A stretch of DNA of 64,000 nt, from positions 15,638 through 79,637 of the forward strand of contig JAIPCZ010000003.1 in NCBI GenBank assembly GCA_021737975.1. The letters are read 5' to 3'. Below are positions 44,037 through 56,081 of this stretch, in pieces (within the stretch, counting starts at the first letter, position 1; each line of letters opens with the position of its first letter). The notes beneath the pieces are model-generated. The model searched no databases and was not told the origin of the DNA. It worked only from the letters and a program-made list of their open reading frames with translations. The DNA is from Polaromonas sp. (GTDB taxonomy: Bacteria; Pseudomonadota; Gammaproteobacteria; Burkholderiales; Burkholderiaceae_C). The position numbers were made by a program, and so were the translations under genes.

Positions 44037-45407
44037 ATGCCCAAAACCCTGATTGAGCCGTTTCGCATCAAAAGTGTCGAGCCCATCCGTATGACCACGC
44101 GCGCAGAGCGCGAGCAGCTGCTCGAAGCCGCCAAGCTCAACGTGTTCAAGTTGCACGCCGAAGACGTGCTGATCGACTGGCTGACTGACTCCGGTACCGG
44201 CGCCATGTCCTCAAAACAGTGGGGCGCCATCATGGAAGGGGATGAGAGTTATGCCGGCGCGCGCAGCTTCTACCGGCTGGAAAAAGTCATTCAGGACATC
44301 ACCGGCATGCAGTTTTTTGTGCCCACGCACCAGGGCCGCGCCGCAGAAAAGGTGCTGTTCACGGCGGTGTGCAAAAAGGGCGACGTGGTGCCCAACAATT
44401 GCCACTTCGACACCACCCGCGCCAACCTCGAATACCTGGGCGTGCAAGCGCTGGATTTGGTGATTCCCGAGGGCCTGCAGCCGGCCACGCTGCATCCGTT
44501 CAAGGGCAATATCGACCTGGCGCGGGTCGAGGCCCTGCTCAAGGACCAGGCCGACCAGATTCCGTTCGGCATGATCACCGTGACCAACAACACCGGCGGC
44601 GGCCAGCCGGTGTCGATGGCCAACATCCGCGCCTATGCCAAGCTGCTTAAAGCCCATGGCAAACCCTTCATCATGGATGTCTGCCGTTTTTCCGAAAACG
44701 CCATGTTCATCAAGATGCGCGAGTCGGGCTACGAGAACACGCCCATCAAAACCATCGTGCAAGAGATGTTTTCTTATGCCGACGGCGCCACCATGAGCGC
44801 CAAAAAGGACGGCATGGTCAACATCGGCGGCTTTATCGTGCTGCGCAGTGAAGAGTGGATGGACGCGGTGCGCAATGTGCTGATCATGACCGAGGGCTTT
44901 CCCACCTATGGCGGCCTGGCCGGGCGCGACCTCGAAGCGCTGGCGGTGGGCCTGGAGGAAGGCATGCAGGAGGACTACCTGCGTTACCGCCTGCGCACCG
45001 CCGAGTACCTGGGTGAACGCCTGGAGGCGGCTGGTGTGAGTTTTGTCAAGCCCACCGGTGGCCATGCGGTCTACATCGACGCGCGGACTGTGCTGCCCAA
45101 CATGCCCGTGGCCCATTACCCGGCCTGGGCGCTGTGCAACGCGCTGTACCTGGAAGGCGGCATTCGCGGTGTGGAAATCGGCTCGGTGATGTTCGGCAAG
45201 CGCCTGGCCGACGGCACAGAAACCTTTCACAGCATGGAACTGGTGCGCCTGGCTTTCCCTCGGCGCATGTACACGCAGAGCCACTTCGACTATGCGGCCG
45301 AGGTGATTGACGAGGTCAAGCAAAAGGCGGCCAGCATCCGCGGTGTGCGCATCACCAAGCAGCCGCAGTTTTTGCGGCACTTCACCTGTGAATGCGCCTG
45401 GGTGTGA
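44037..45407 (+). CDS. tnaA: Tryptophanase (beta-eliminating lyase; tyrosine phenol-lyase less likely)
   Basis: EPFRIKSVE, TDSGT, GDESYAG, HQGRAAE, MSAKKD PLP site; LRHFT matches tryptophanase whereas tyrosine phenol-lyase has LRFFT. Confidence 0.8.
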   Translation: MPKTLIEPFRIKSVEPIRMTTRAEREQLLEAAKLNVFKLHAEDVLIDWLTDSGTGAMSSKQWGAIMEGDESYAGARSFYRLEKVIQDITGMQFFVPTHQGRAAEKVLFTAVCKKGDVVPNNCHFDTTRANLEYLGVQALDLVIPEGLQPATLHPFKGNIDLARVEALLKDQADQIPFGMITVTNNTGGGQPVSMANIRAYAKLLKAHGKPFIMDVCRFSENAMFIKMRESGYENTPIKTIVQEMFSYADGATMSAKKDGMVNIGGFIVLRSEEWMDAVRNVLIMTEGFPTYGGLAGRDLEALAVGLEEGMQEDYLRYRLRTAEYLGERLEAAGVSFVKPTGGHAVYIDARTVLPNMPVAHYPAWALCNALYLEGGIRGVEIGSVMFGKRLADGTETFHSMELVRLAFPRRMYTQSHFDYAAEVIDEVKQKAASIRGVRITKQPQFLRHFTCECAWV

Positions 45408-45414
45408 GGTTTGA

Positions 45415-45447
45415 ACGTGGTACACGCTTTTAAAACGTGTGCCATGT
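45415..45447 (+). terminator. 3' stem-loop after tryptophanase (no clear U-tract)
   Basis: 12-bp stem ACGTGGTACACG/CGTGTGCCATGT with two G-U pairs on plus. Confidence 0.45.
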
Positions 45448-45712
45448 GGCCAGCTTTCTCCAGACTGATGCGACCGGATTATTATGGTCCGACCTTGCTT
45501 GATACCCTTGCCGATGAGTCACACTCGAAAGGTCCTGGCGCATGAGTTCACCCCATCGTCTGGAAGACGAAATCACATGACGGCGCCTTGCCAGACCCTG
45601 CGGAAAGAGACATCTTGCTTGCAAGGCCGCGAGTCGTTCAAACACCGTCAGTGGCGTGAGTCATTGACGTGCTTCCTGAATTCTTATTGATGAACCACTT
45701 GAGAGGAACAAT

Positions 45713-46108
45713 GTGAGCGAAACCCCAATTCACCAAGGCGTGGTGATTTTTGCCAAGAACAAGAAGAAGGTGTCAGCGTTTTATCGTGGCACCCTGGACC
45801 TGCAGGCGCTTGAAGAAGCGCCGTCGCATGATGTTTTGTGTGGTCATGGTCTGGAGGTGGTGGTTCACGCCATTCCATCCGGGATCGCCGCAGAGATCCA
45901 GATTACCCAACCGCCAACGGTGCGCGAAGACACACCGATCAAGCCGACCTTTCTGGTGACCAGTCTGGATTCGGTGCGTGTGGCGGCGCTGGCCACAGGT
46001 GGCTTTTTGAAGCCCCTAGAAGGTGCGTGGCATTTTCGTGGTGCCACCGTGCTGGATGGCCACGATCCGGAGGGCAATGTGGTGCAATTCAAGCAGCTTG
46101 ATGCGTAG
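45713..46108 (+). CDS. VOC/glyoxalase-family protein
   Basis: V.FAKN...VSAFY...L, DGHDPEGNVVQ; GAGGA ribosome-binding site before GTG. Confidence 0.8.
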   Translation: MSETPIHQGVVIFAKNKKKVSAFYRGTLDLQALEEAPSHDVLCGHGLEVVVHAIPSGIAAEIQITQPPTVREDTPIKPTFLVTSLDSVRVAALATGGFLKPLEGAWHFRGATVLDGHDPEGNVVQFKQLDA

Positions 46109-46235
46109 CCGGACGGTGCGGCTCACTGGCCTCAAAAACTCTGCTTGAGCCCTTGCAGCCTTTGGACCAGGAGGAGGTCCTGACAGCGGTCGTCGCTATC
46201 AAGACACTGCATCGCCCTGGGCCAATACGCTCGTA

Positions 46236-47858
46236 TTACTTGGCAGCATTCAAGCGCTTGACCCCCGCCACAAAACGCGCCAGTGTGTTGGATAACACGC
46301 CGCTTGGGATCATGATTTCAATCAGTTGGAAACGTCCGCGTAGGGACATGGCTGCATCAAGTGCCGCCTTGAGTTCGGATCGGGTGCGAACCCGCACGCC
46401 GTCCCCTCCCAGGCCGCGCGCCATGTCAGCAAAACCCCACTCACCCAGGTCGTTGAAGCCTGATTCAGGCTGGAAGGTGCGCAGCATTTCCCAACTGGCG
46501 TTGTTGAACAGCAGCACGATCGGGTCCCAGCCATAACGCTTGCAGTTGCCAAGTTCCCAGCCGGTCATCTGGAAAGCGCCGTCGCCGACCAAAATCAGCG
46601 GGCGCTCACCGGTGGCGGCTTGCAGGCCCAGGCCGGCGGGCACGCCAAAACCCATGGTGGCGTAGTAGCCGGGCGCCACCAGCGCGGTGTGGCTGATCTC
46701 CATGGCGGTGAACAGGCAGTCGCCCATGTCGGAGGCCATCGGCATCTTGCCATGCTTGGCCATGAGGTCGTTGACGGCCGTGGCGATGTCGGTGGGTGTG
46801 ATGCTTTGGGCGTCCTCGGCCAAGCCCGTGGGAAAGTTTTGCGGCGTCACGCTGAAGGCCTTGTCTGGCCCCGGCACACGTTCCAGCATGCAATTGACCA
46901 ATGCGGCCAGCGGCAGATTGGCATAGGTGTGGTAGCCGATGTTGACCTGGCCGTTGAGCGCCTGAATGGTCTTGCGCATGTCGATCTTGGTCTCGGACAC
47001 GGCAAAGTTGGTGTCGCAGATGATCTCGCCCAGCAAGAACAGGCCGTCCGAACCCTCCACCAACTGGGTCACTTCGGGGAAGCCCGCCACACCCATGTAG
47101 GTGCCGACCAGCGGTGCGTCCTGGTCCGCGAGCAGGCCGCGGCCCATGAAACTGGTCACCACCGGCAGCCCCAGGCGGCGCGAGAGGGTGGCGACCTTGT
47201 CTTCGAGGCCATAGCGGCGCACTTCCACACCGGCCATCAAGACCGGGGATTTGGCCTGCTTCAGGCGTTCCAGGATTTCATCGACGCAGGCATCCAGCGC
47301 GTCGGGGTCCACCTTGAACTCTGGCTCCGGCACCACCTCCAGGCAGGGCACGGCCACCATGTCGCGCGGAATCTCGATGTAGACCGGCTCGGAGTGACGC
47401 AGGCAGTTGGCCAGCACGCGGGCAATGTCGGCCGGGGCGCGTTCGGCATCGTCCAGGCGCACCTGGTCGCAGGTGATTTCCTTGAAAATCTGAAACTGGC
47501 TGTCCAGCGTCTTGGCCTGGTGGTGCAGCAGAAGGCCTGAACGCGACTCGTTCTTGCCCGGCCCGCCTGAGAGCACCACCAGCGGCGACTTTTCGGCAAA
47601 GGCGGCAGCGACCGAATTGATCATGTTCAGCGCGCCCGCGCCGTAGGTGACCGCGGCCACGCCGAGGCTGCCATTGATGCGCGCCGAGGCATCAGCCGCA
47701 AAGCCCACGCCGGGCTCGTGCGACAGGGTGTAGAGCGGCAAGATCTGCGACTCCTCGATGATGCGGAAATAGGGCAGGGCAAAGTCGCCGGGGATGCCAA
47801 AGATCTGCCGCGCACCGTGCTTTTTGAGCGCGGTCAGCAGTTGTTCGGTGAGATTCAT
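46236..47858 (-). CDS. ipdC: Indolepyruvate/phenylpyruvate decarboxylase (Azospirillum type)
   Basis: FGIPGDFALP, LSHEP, GLLLHHQ, ThDP motif GDGAFQMTGWE...NN. Confidence 0.88.
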   Translation of the reverse strand: MNLTEQLLTALKKHGARQIFGIPGDFALPYFRIIEESQILPLYTLSHEPGVGFAADASARINGSLGVAAVTYGAGALNMINSVAAAFAEKSPLVVLSGGPGKNESRSGLLLHHQAKTLDSQFQIFKEITCDQVRLDDAERAPADIARVLANCLRHSEPVYIEIPRDMVAVPCLEVVPEPEFKVDPDALDACVDEILERLKQAKSPVLMAGVEVRRYGLEDKVATLSRRLGLPVVTSFMGRGLLADQDAPLVGTYMGVAGFPEVTQLVEGSDGLFLLGEIICDTNFAVSETKIDMRKTIQALNGQVNIGYHTYANLPLAALVNCMLERVPGPDKAFSVTPQNFPTGLAEDAQSITPTDIATAVNDLMAKHGKMPMASDMGDCLFTAMEISHTALVAPGYYATMGFGVPAGLGLQAATGERPLILVGDGAFQMTGWELGNCKRYGWDPIVLLFNNASWEMLRTFQPESGFNDLGEWGFADMARGLGGDGVRVRTRSELKAALDAAMSLRGRFQLIEIMIPSGVLSNTLARFVAGVKRLNAAK

Positions 47859-47986
47859 GTGGAATGTCTCCTGGGTTGAGGTGTGCGGATTATCGCGGCC
47901 CGCAGTCCACCGGGGCCCTTGCTTGTCAGGCTTTGCGGGGTCTCAAGCCGTTACCATTGATGCTTCAATTTTTTGGAGTTTTCGAG

Positions 47987-48835
47987 ATGGACATCACAAC
48001 AGTTGGCATCATTGGCGCGGGCACCATGGGTAACGGCATTGCACAGGCTTGCGCCATGTCGGGCATCAAGGTGGTGATGGTCGACATATCGGAGGCCGCA
48101 GTGGCCAAGGGTATTGCCACCGTGTCAGGCAGCCTGGAACGTTTGCTCAAGAAGGAGAAGATCACCGCCGATGTCAAAGCCGCGGCCCTGGCGCGTATTC
48201 AGGGCAGCACCCGCTACGACGACCTCAAGGGGGCCCAACTGGTGATTGAAGCCGCGACTGAAAACCAGGAACTCAAGGTCAAGATACTCAAGCAACTCGA
48301 CGCTTTGCTGGCCCCGGAGGTGATCATCGCCTCCAACACCTCGTCGATTTCCATCACCAAACTGGCCGCTGTGACCACCCGCGCCGACAAATTCATCGGC
48401 ATGCATTTCTTCAACCCGGTCCCGATGATGGCGCTGGTCGAGATCATCCGCGGCCTGCAAACCAGCGATGCCACCCACGCCGCGGTGCACGCCATGGCCA
48501 TGGCCCTGGGCAAGACGCCGATCACGGTCAAGAACGCCCCCGGTTTTGTGGTCAACCGCATCCTGGTGCCGATGATTAACGAGGCCTTTTTTGTGCTGGC
48601 CGAGGGCCTGGCCACGGCCGAGGACATCGACGCCGGCATGAAACTCGGCTGCAACCAGCCGATCGGTCCGCTGGCGCTGGCCGACATGGTCGGGCTGGAC
48701 GTGTGCCTGGCGGTGATGGAGGTTTACCTGAGCGAGTTTGGCGACAGCAAATACCGCGCCTGCCCCTTGCTGAAGGAAATGGTGGCCGCCGGCCGCCTGG
48801 GCCGCAAAACCGGGCAGGGCGTTTACAGCTACTAA
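47987..48835 (+). CDS. 3-hydroxybutyryl-CoA dehydrogenase
   Basis: GAGTMGNGIA, ASNTSS, GMHFFNP, PGFVVNR, LGRKTG. Confidence 0.9.
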   Translation: MDITTVGIIGAGTMGNGIAQACAMSGIKVVMVDISEAAVAKGIATVSGSLERLLKKEKITADVKAAALARIQGSTRYDDLKGAQLVIEAATENQELKVKILKQLDALLAPEVIIASNTSSISITKLAAVTTRADKFIGMHFFNPVPMMALVEIIRGLQTSDATHAAVHAMAMALGKTPITVKNAPGFVVNRILVPMINEAFFVLAEGLATAEDIDAGMKLGCNQPIGPLALADMVGLDVCLAVMEVYLSEFGDSKYRACPLLKEMVAAGRLGRKTGQGVYSY

Positions 48836-48852
48836 GCCGGCATGGATTGTCT

Positions 48853-48900
48853 TGTGGGGTCGACTTCAGTCGACCATGGCGGATGCAAGTCCGCCCCGCA
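48853..48900. repeat. REP doublet, tail-to-tail
   Basis: TGTGGGGTCGACTTCAGTCGACCA on plus abuts TGCGGGGCGGACTTGCATCCGCCA on minus. Confidence 0.6.
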
Positions 48901-48979
48901 AAGTCCAGGGTGCCTGAGCATGCTGCGACAATCACCAGCATATTTTGATTGATGGCCGGGCTCGTCCCCGGCGCTTGTT

Positions 48980-49510
48980 ATGTCCCTGATCACGCCTACC
49001 GAAGTGCGCCCCGCCATCCTGCGCGATGCCAAGTCCATTGCCGAAATCCGCACCCGTTCCAGCCAAACCGCCTTCAAGGCGGTGTTTCCGGGCGAAGCCA
49101 TGCCCGTGGGCGGAACCCCAGAGCACAGCCTGGTTTACTGGCGCGAGGCCATTGAGTACAGCGAGCCCCAGGTTCTGGTGGCCGTGCAAAAGTCAACGGT
49201 GGTGGGTTTTGTCGGCTTCGACCGCTCACGCGACCCCAAGACCCCCAACACCATGGGCGAGATCTGGGCGCTGTATGTGGCGCCTGAGCAATGGGGCCAG
49301 GGTGTCGGGCTGGCGCTGTGGGATGCCGCGCGTGAAGGCCTGATTTATGAAGGCTGCACCAAGGTCAGTGCCTGGGTGCCGCTGGGCTTCGAGCGCGCCC
49401 TGCGCTTTTTTGACATGGCCGGTTTCAAGCGCGAAATGACCAGCATCAAGACCGTGCCCATGGGCGACACACGGGTCGAAGAAATCCGTTTCAAACGCGA
49501 CCTGAACTGA
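48980..49510 (+). CDS. GNAT-family acetyltransferase
   Basis: VRPA...D, EIWALYV.PEQWGQGVG. Confidence 0.88.
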   Translation: MSLITPTEVRPAILRDAKSIAEIRTRSSQTAFKAVFPGEAMPVGGTPEHSLVYWREAIEYSEPQVLVAVQKSTVVGFVGFDRSRDPKTPNTMGEIWALYVAPEQWGQGVGLALWDAAREGLIYEGCTKVSAWVPLGFERALRFFDMAGFKREMTSIKTVPMGDTRVEEIRFKRDLN

Positions 49511-49561
49511 TCGTGTTTCAACCCTTGCCCTGCTTTCCCAACTTCATGAATCGAGTCCGTC

Positions 49562-50476
49562 ATGGCCACTAGTCTTTTGGTGTTGCTCGACGACATCGCC
49601 ACGGTGCTCGACGACGTGGCCCTGCTGACCAAGGTGGCGGCCAAAAAGACCGCTGGAGTGCTGGGTGACGACCTGGCATTAAATGCCCAGCAGGTGTCAG
49701 GCGTCCGGGCCGACCGCGAGCTGCCGGTGGTGTGGGCGGTCTGCAAGGGCTCTTTTGTCAACAAGGCCATTCTGGTGCCCGGCGCGCTGTTGCTCAGTGC
49801 GGTGGCGCCCTGGGCCATCACACCCCTGCTGATGGCGGGCGGCCTGTTTTTGTGTTTTGAAGGTTTCGAGAAAGTGGCGCACAAGTTGTTGCACAAGCCT
49901 GATGAAGTTGCCGCCGAGCATGCGCAGTTGGTCAACGCCCTGCTTGACCCGACGGTCGACCTGGTGGCCGTGGAAAAAGACAAGATCAGGGGGGCCGTGC
50001 GCACCGACTTCATTTTGTCGACTGAAATCATTGTCATCACCCTGGGCACGGTGGCAGCGAGCCCGTTCCTGACGCAGTTCACCGTGCTGGCCGGGGTGGC
50101 GCTGCTGATGACGGTGGGCGTTTACGGGCTGGTGGCCGGCATCGTCAAGATCGACGACCTCGGGCTGTACCTGAGCCAGCGGAAAACTTTCCTTGCCGAA
50201 GCGCTGCAACAAAAGCTCGGTCGCGGTCTGCTGCTGGCCGCGCCCCTGCTGATGAAAAGCCTGAGCGTGCTCGGCACCCTGGCCATGTTTCTGGTGGGCG
50301 GCGGCATTCTGGCGCACGGCTGGCATGACGTGGGGCAGGGCATAGAGCAACTCAGCGCAGTGGCGGGTGGCCTGCTTCAACCGGTGCTGGGCGTGTTGCT
50401 CAACATGGCCCTGGGTTTGCTGGCCGGCGGCGCGGCGCTGCTGGTGGTGACGGCGGGGCAGCGCTTGCGACGCTAA
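49562..50476 (+). CDS. DUF808 (YedI-like) membrane protein
   Basis: [36 protein letters not shown]. Confidence 0.88.
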   Translation: MATSLLVLLDDIATVLDDVALLTKVAAKKTAGVLGDDLALNAQQVSGVRADRELPVVWAVCKGSFVNKAILVPGALLLSAVAPWAITPLLMAGGLFLCFEGFEKVAHKLLHKPDEVAAEHAQLVNALLDPTVDLVAVEKDKIRGAVRTDFILSTEIIVITLGTVAASPFLTQFTVLAGVALLMTVGVYGLVAGIVKIDDLGLYLSQRKTFLAEALQQKLGRGLLLAAPLLMKSLSVLGTLAMFLVGGGILAHGWHDVGQGIEQLSAVAGGLLQPVLGVLLNMALGLLAGGAALLVVTAGQRLRR

Positions 50477-50669
50477 CACGCAACCGTCAAGGTCGGCCGT
50501 GGCGCGGGTGTGGTGGAGCGCACAGACTACCCCGCCTGGTCTGCCTACCATCCAGTTTGACGTTTTGTCTGGCTGCGCTGATTTTTATCATGTGCAGTAC
50601 AGCCAACTTGGACTAGCCTTCACGACATCGGCCAGTTCACGGCACCCGTACTCATTTCTGGAGCTCATC

Positions 50670-50987
50670 ATGATCTATAAATTCAAATCCCAAGCCGCCG
50701 CAGAGGTCATCATGCTTCAGGCCAATGGCGATCAAATGCTCAGCATCATTGGCAAAGAGCCCTCAGCGCAGGGCATCATCACCGTGGCTCAGATTCCGGC
50801 TGCCATTGCGGCGCTGGACGCCGCCATCGAGGTTCATGAGGCTGCCGTGGCAAAGCGCCGGGAGCATCCGGAACTCGTGGTTGAGGTTGAAGGCGATAGC
50901 GTCAGGTTGCGCGATCGCGCCGCCCCCTTTGTCGAGTTGCTCAATACCAGCGCACAGGCGGGCAAGGATGTTGTCTGGGGCGTATGA
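50670..50987 (+). CDS. DUF1840-family protein
   Basis: MIYKFKS.A...VIM, GIIT, RA.PF, C-terminal VVWGV. Confidence 0.82.
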   Translation: MIYKFKSQAAAEVIMLQANGDQMLSIIGKEPSAQGIITVAQIPAAIAALDAAIEVHEAAVAKRREHPELVVEVEGDSVRLRDRAAPFVELLNTSAQAGKDVVWGV

Positions 50988-50989
50988 CT

Positions 50990-51613
50990 TCAGCCGCGCG
51001 GGCGGAACATCTTGAACAATTGCCCGGGTCCCACCGAGAAATAGTCCGCCGGGCCACCCCCGCGCAGCACATGGTCGGCCCGCGCGGTGTCGTAAATCCC
51101 GTTGACCAGCAGGCGCTGCGCAATGTGCACCGCCACCACTTCGCCCAGCGCAAGCCAGGTGGGCAGTTTTTGGCCGCTGGCATCCTGCAGTTGCAGCAAC
51201 TGCGTCAGGCGGCATTCAAAGGCCACCGGGCTCTCGGCAACACGCGGTGGCGTCACCAGGCGTGAGGCCAGCGGGGTCAGGCAGGCCAGCTCGAACTCGC
51301 TGGCCTCGGGCGCCACGGCGGCACTGGTCTGGTTCATGGCCTCGGCCAAAGGTCGCGTCACCAGGTTCCAGACAAATTCGCCGGTTTCTTCGACGTTGCG
51401 CACCGAGTCCTTGTAGCCGATGCTGGCAAATCCGACGATGGGCGGCGTGTAGTTGAAGGCGGTGAAAAAGCTGTAGGGCGCAAGGTTGAGCAGACCGCCG
51501 GCGCTGCGTGTCGAGATCCAGCCGATCGGGCGTGGCCCGACGATGGCGTTGAACGGGTCATGCGGCAAGCCATGGCCCAGACGTGGTTCGTAAAAGTGGC
51601 TGTCTTTGGGCAT
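50990..51613 (-). CDS. Flavin reductase-like protein
   Basis: HDPFNAIVGPRPIGWIS, NLAPYSFF, ESPVAFEC. Confidence 0.9.
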   Translation of the reverse strand: MPKDSHFYEPRLGHGLPHDPFNAIVGPRPIGWISTRSAGGLLNLAPYSFFTAFNYTPPIVGFASIGYKDSVRNVEETGEFVWNLVTRPLAEAMNQTSAAVAPEASEFELACLTPLASRLVTPPRVAESPVAFECRLTQLLQLQDASGQKLPTWLALGEVVAVHIAQRLLVNGIYDTARADHVLRGGGPADYFSVGPGQLFKMFRPRG

Positions 51614-51630
51614 GGGCGGGTCGGAATGGA

Positions 51631-52104
51631 TTACCCCACCTCGCCACCAAACTGTTTGGTGAGGTTGTCAATGTATTGCTCGACCAGTTTCTCGAACTCG
51701 GCCTCGACCACCGGGGCGATCATCTTTTTCATCAAGCCGGGCAGGGGCAGGGTGAGTTCGCCCTGAAGCTGGAGCACCAAATGGGTGGATTTCTTTTTGT
51801 CGGTGATTTTCCACGAGCCCGACACCAGCGCGTTGCCGTCGCCCGGCACCGGGGTCCAGAGCACGCTGCCCTTGGTCTTGTTGGACGTGTACTTTGACGC
51901 ATAAATGGTTTGCAGGCTGATCTGGGCGATGCCGATCTTGGCCATTTCCCAGCGGTAAACACCATCACCCAGGTCCACCAGCCGATCGACTTTGGGAAAG
52001 AAACTGGCCGACTTGGGCACGTCGGACAGGGTGTCAAAAACGGTGGCAGGGTCGGCCTTGACGGCGAATTCGTACCCCAGATCGATGTTGACGGTGATGG
52101 TCAT
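51631..52104 (-). CDS. SRPBCC/CoxG-like protein
   Basis: VFD.LSDVP, YRWEM, GSW, C-terminal amphipathic helix. Confidence 0.72.
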   Translation of the reverse strand: MTITVNIDLGYEFAVKADPATVFDTLSDVPKSASFFPKVDRLVDLGDGVYRWEMAKIGIAQISLQTIYASKYTSNKTKGSVLWTPVPGDGNALVSGSWKITDKKKSTHLVLQLQGELTLPLPGLMKKMIAPVVEAEFEKLVEQYIDNLTKQFGGEVG

Positions 52105-52235
52105 GTGCAGATTTCCATTAAAAGTTGAAAACGAAGCTTGCGACTGTAAGGATGGCAACTGATTCTGTCAAAACAAACGCTTTGGCCCCGACAATCCACT
52201 GTTCATTCATCGCCGCCCGCTGCCCCTTTCTAACC

Positions 52236-53207
52236 ATGCCCACCCTGCTTCTCGCCCCCATGGAGGGCTTGCTCGATTTTGTCCTGCGCGACATCCTGAC
52301 GCGGGTGGGCGGCGTTGACCGCTGTGTTTCGGAATTTATCCGTGTCACCGGCACACTGTTTCCCGAGCGTGTTTTCCTGCGCTATGTGCCGGAACTGTTG
52401 CAGGGCTGCAAAACCGCGTCGGGTGTGCCCGTGCGACCGCAGTTGCTGGGCTCCGATGTGGGTTGCCTGGCCGACAACGCGGCGCGGCTGGCAGGCATGG
52501 GGGCCGAGGGTATTGACCTGAATTTTGGCTGTCCGTCCCCGGTGGTGAACCGGCACCGGGGTGGCTCGGCCTTGCTCGAAGAGCCCGAATTGTTGTTCCA
52601 GATCGTCTCTGGCGTGCGCCGTGCCGTGCCGGCGCACCTGCCGGTGTCGGCCAAGATGCGGCTCGGTCTGCATGACGACAGCCGGGCCGAGGCCTGCGCC
52701 TTGGCGCTCGAGGCCGGTGGCGCTTCAGAGTTGGTGGTGCACGCACGCACCAAGGCCGACGGTTACCGGCCGCCGGCCTATTGGGAGCGTATTGCCGACA
52801 TCCGACAGGTCGTGCGGCTGCCGCTGGTGGCCAACGGCGAAATCTGGACCGTGGCTGACGCCCTGCGCTGCCAGCAGGTGTCGGGCTGCCAGAGCCTGAT
52901 GTTGGGGCGCGGCATGGTGGCCAACCCGGCGCTGGCGCGCGGCATTCGCGCCGCGCTGGGAGACGATTCGGAGTTGGCCAGCCTGAGCTGGCCGCAGCTC
53001 ATGGTGCTGATCGCTGAATTCTGGCGTCTGGTCTGCGCCCACCTGGAACGCGACCAGCAAACCGGGCGGCTCAAGCAGTGGCTCAACCTGTTGCGGCGGG
53101 TTTATCCGCAGGCGCAAGCGGCGTTTGCCGAGGTGCGCACCTTCCATGACCCGGCCGATGTGGAGCGCTGGTTCTGTGCGCAAGCATCACCCGATGTCGG
53201 GGCTTGA
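52236..53207 (+). CDS. dusC: tRNA-dihydrouridine synthase C
   Basis: LAPMEG, DLNFGCP, SAKMRLG, VHARTK, ANGEIW, MLGRG, GRLKQW. Confidence 0.88.
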   Translation: MPTLLLAPMEGLLDFVLRDILTRVGGVDRCVSEFIRVTGTLFPERVFLRYVPELLQGCKTASGVPVRPQLLGSDVGCLADNAARLAGMGAEGIDLNFGCPSPVVNRHRGGSALLEEPELLFQIVSGVRRAVPAHLPVSAKMRLGLHDDSRAEACALALEAGGASELVVHARTKADGYRPPAYWERIADIRQVVRLPLVANGEIWTVADALRCQQVSGCQSLMLGRGMVANPALARGIRAALGDDSELASLSWPQLMVLIAEFWRLVCAHLERDQQTGRLKQWLNLLRRVYPQAQAAFAEVRTFHDPADVERWFCAQASPDVGA

Positions 53208-53278
53208 AACCCGCCCAGCGCCGGTCTTTCAGCGCATTGGATAACATCCCACCTATTTAAATTTTGCGCTGAGCCTGA

Positions 53279-55399
<2,121 letters not shown>

Positions 55400-55425
55400 C
55401 CTTTAAAAATTACTGATCAGTCTAG

Positions 55426-55450
55426 TTACCCGACTAAAACGCTTGGTTTT
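55426..55450 (+). promoter_or_regulatory. Candidate IscR type-1 operator
   Basis: TTACCCGACTAAAACGCTTGGTTTT; the left half resembles the ATASYYGACT IscR half-site; upstream of iscR. Confidence 0.5.
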
Positions 55451-55519
55451 TGGTTATACTGGGCCACGTTATCTCAGTCAGACATCAATTTGATCGATAA
55501 CACAACTTCAGGAGTCGCC

Positions 55520-56059
55520 ATGCGTTTAACTACCAAAGGCCGTTTTGCGGTCACTGCCATGATTGATCTGGGTTTGCGCCAATCGGCGGGCCCCGTTACG
55601 CTGGCCGCGATCAGCCAGCGTCAACAAATTTCCCTGTCCTACCTGGAGCAACTGTTCGGCAAGTTGCGCCGCAACGCGCTGGTGGAATCCACCCGCGGCC
55701 CCGGTGGCGGCTACACGCTGGCGCGCTCGCCAGCCGACATCACCGTGGCCGAGATCATCACTTCGGTGGACGAGCCCATTGATGCCACCCAGTGCGGCGG
55801 CAAGGAAAACTGCCTGGGCGAGGGCGCGCGCTGCATGACGCACGAACTGTGGGCTTCGCTGAACGTCAAGATGGTCGAATTCCTGGACTCGGTCAGCCTG
55901 CAAAAATTGGTCGACGAGCAACTGGCCAAGGGCTTCCAGATTGAAGAAAAACCCACCCTCAAGCGCGCCATCTCCAGCATGCCGGTGATGAAACCGATCC
56001 GCATCAACGCCCCCAATTCGGTGTTTGCGCTGGGTTCCTCGTTCGCCAAGATGTCATAA
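55520..56059 (+). CDS. iscR: Fe-S cluster assembly transcription factor
   Basis: [24 protein letters not shown], three Cys (C..C..CMTH). Confidence 0.95.
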   Translation: MRLTTKGRFAVTAMIDLGLRQSAGPVTLAAISQRQQISLSYLEQLFGKLRRNALVESTRGPGGGYTLARSPADITVAEIITSVDEPIDATQCGGKENCLGEGARCMTHELWASLNVKMVEFLDSVSLQKLVDEQLAKGFQIEEKPTLKRAISSMPVMKPIRINAPNSVFALGSSFAKMS

Positions 56060-56081
56060 CCTTCCCACAAGAGCAAGCAAC

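Noticed and set aside
45448-45712. 265-bp lower-GC gap with 68-71 aa ORFs
   Set aside because: No motif, repeat or strong structure found; possibly a decayed fragment but not supportable.
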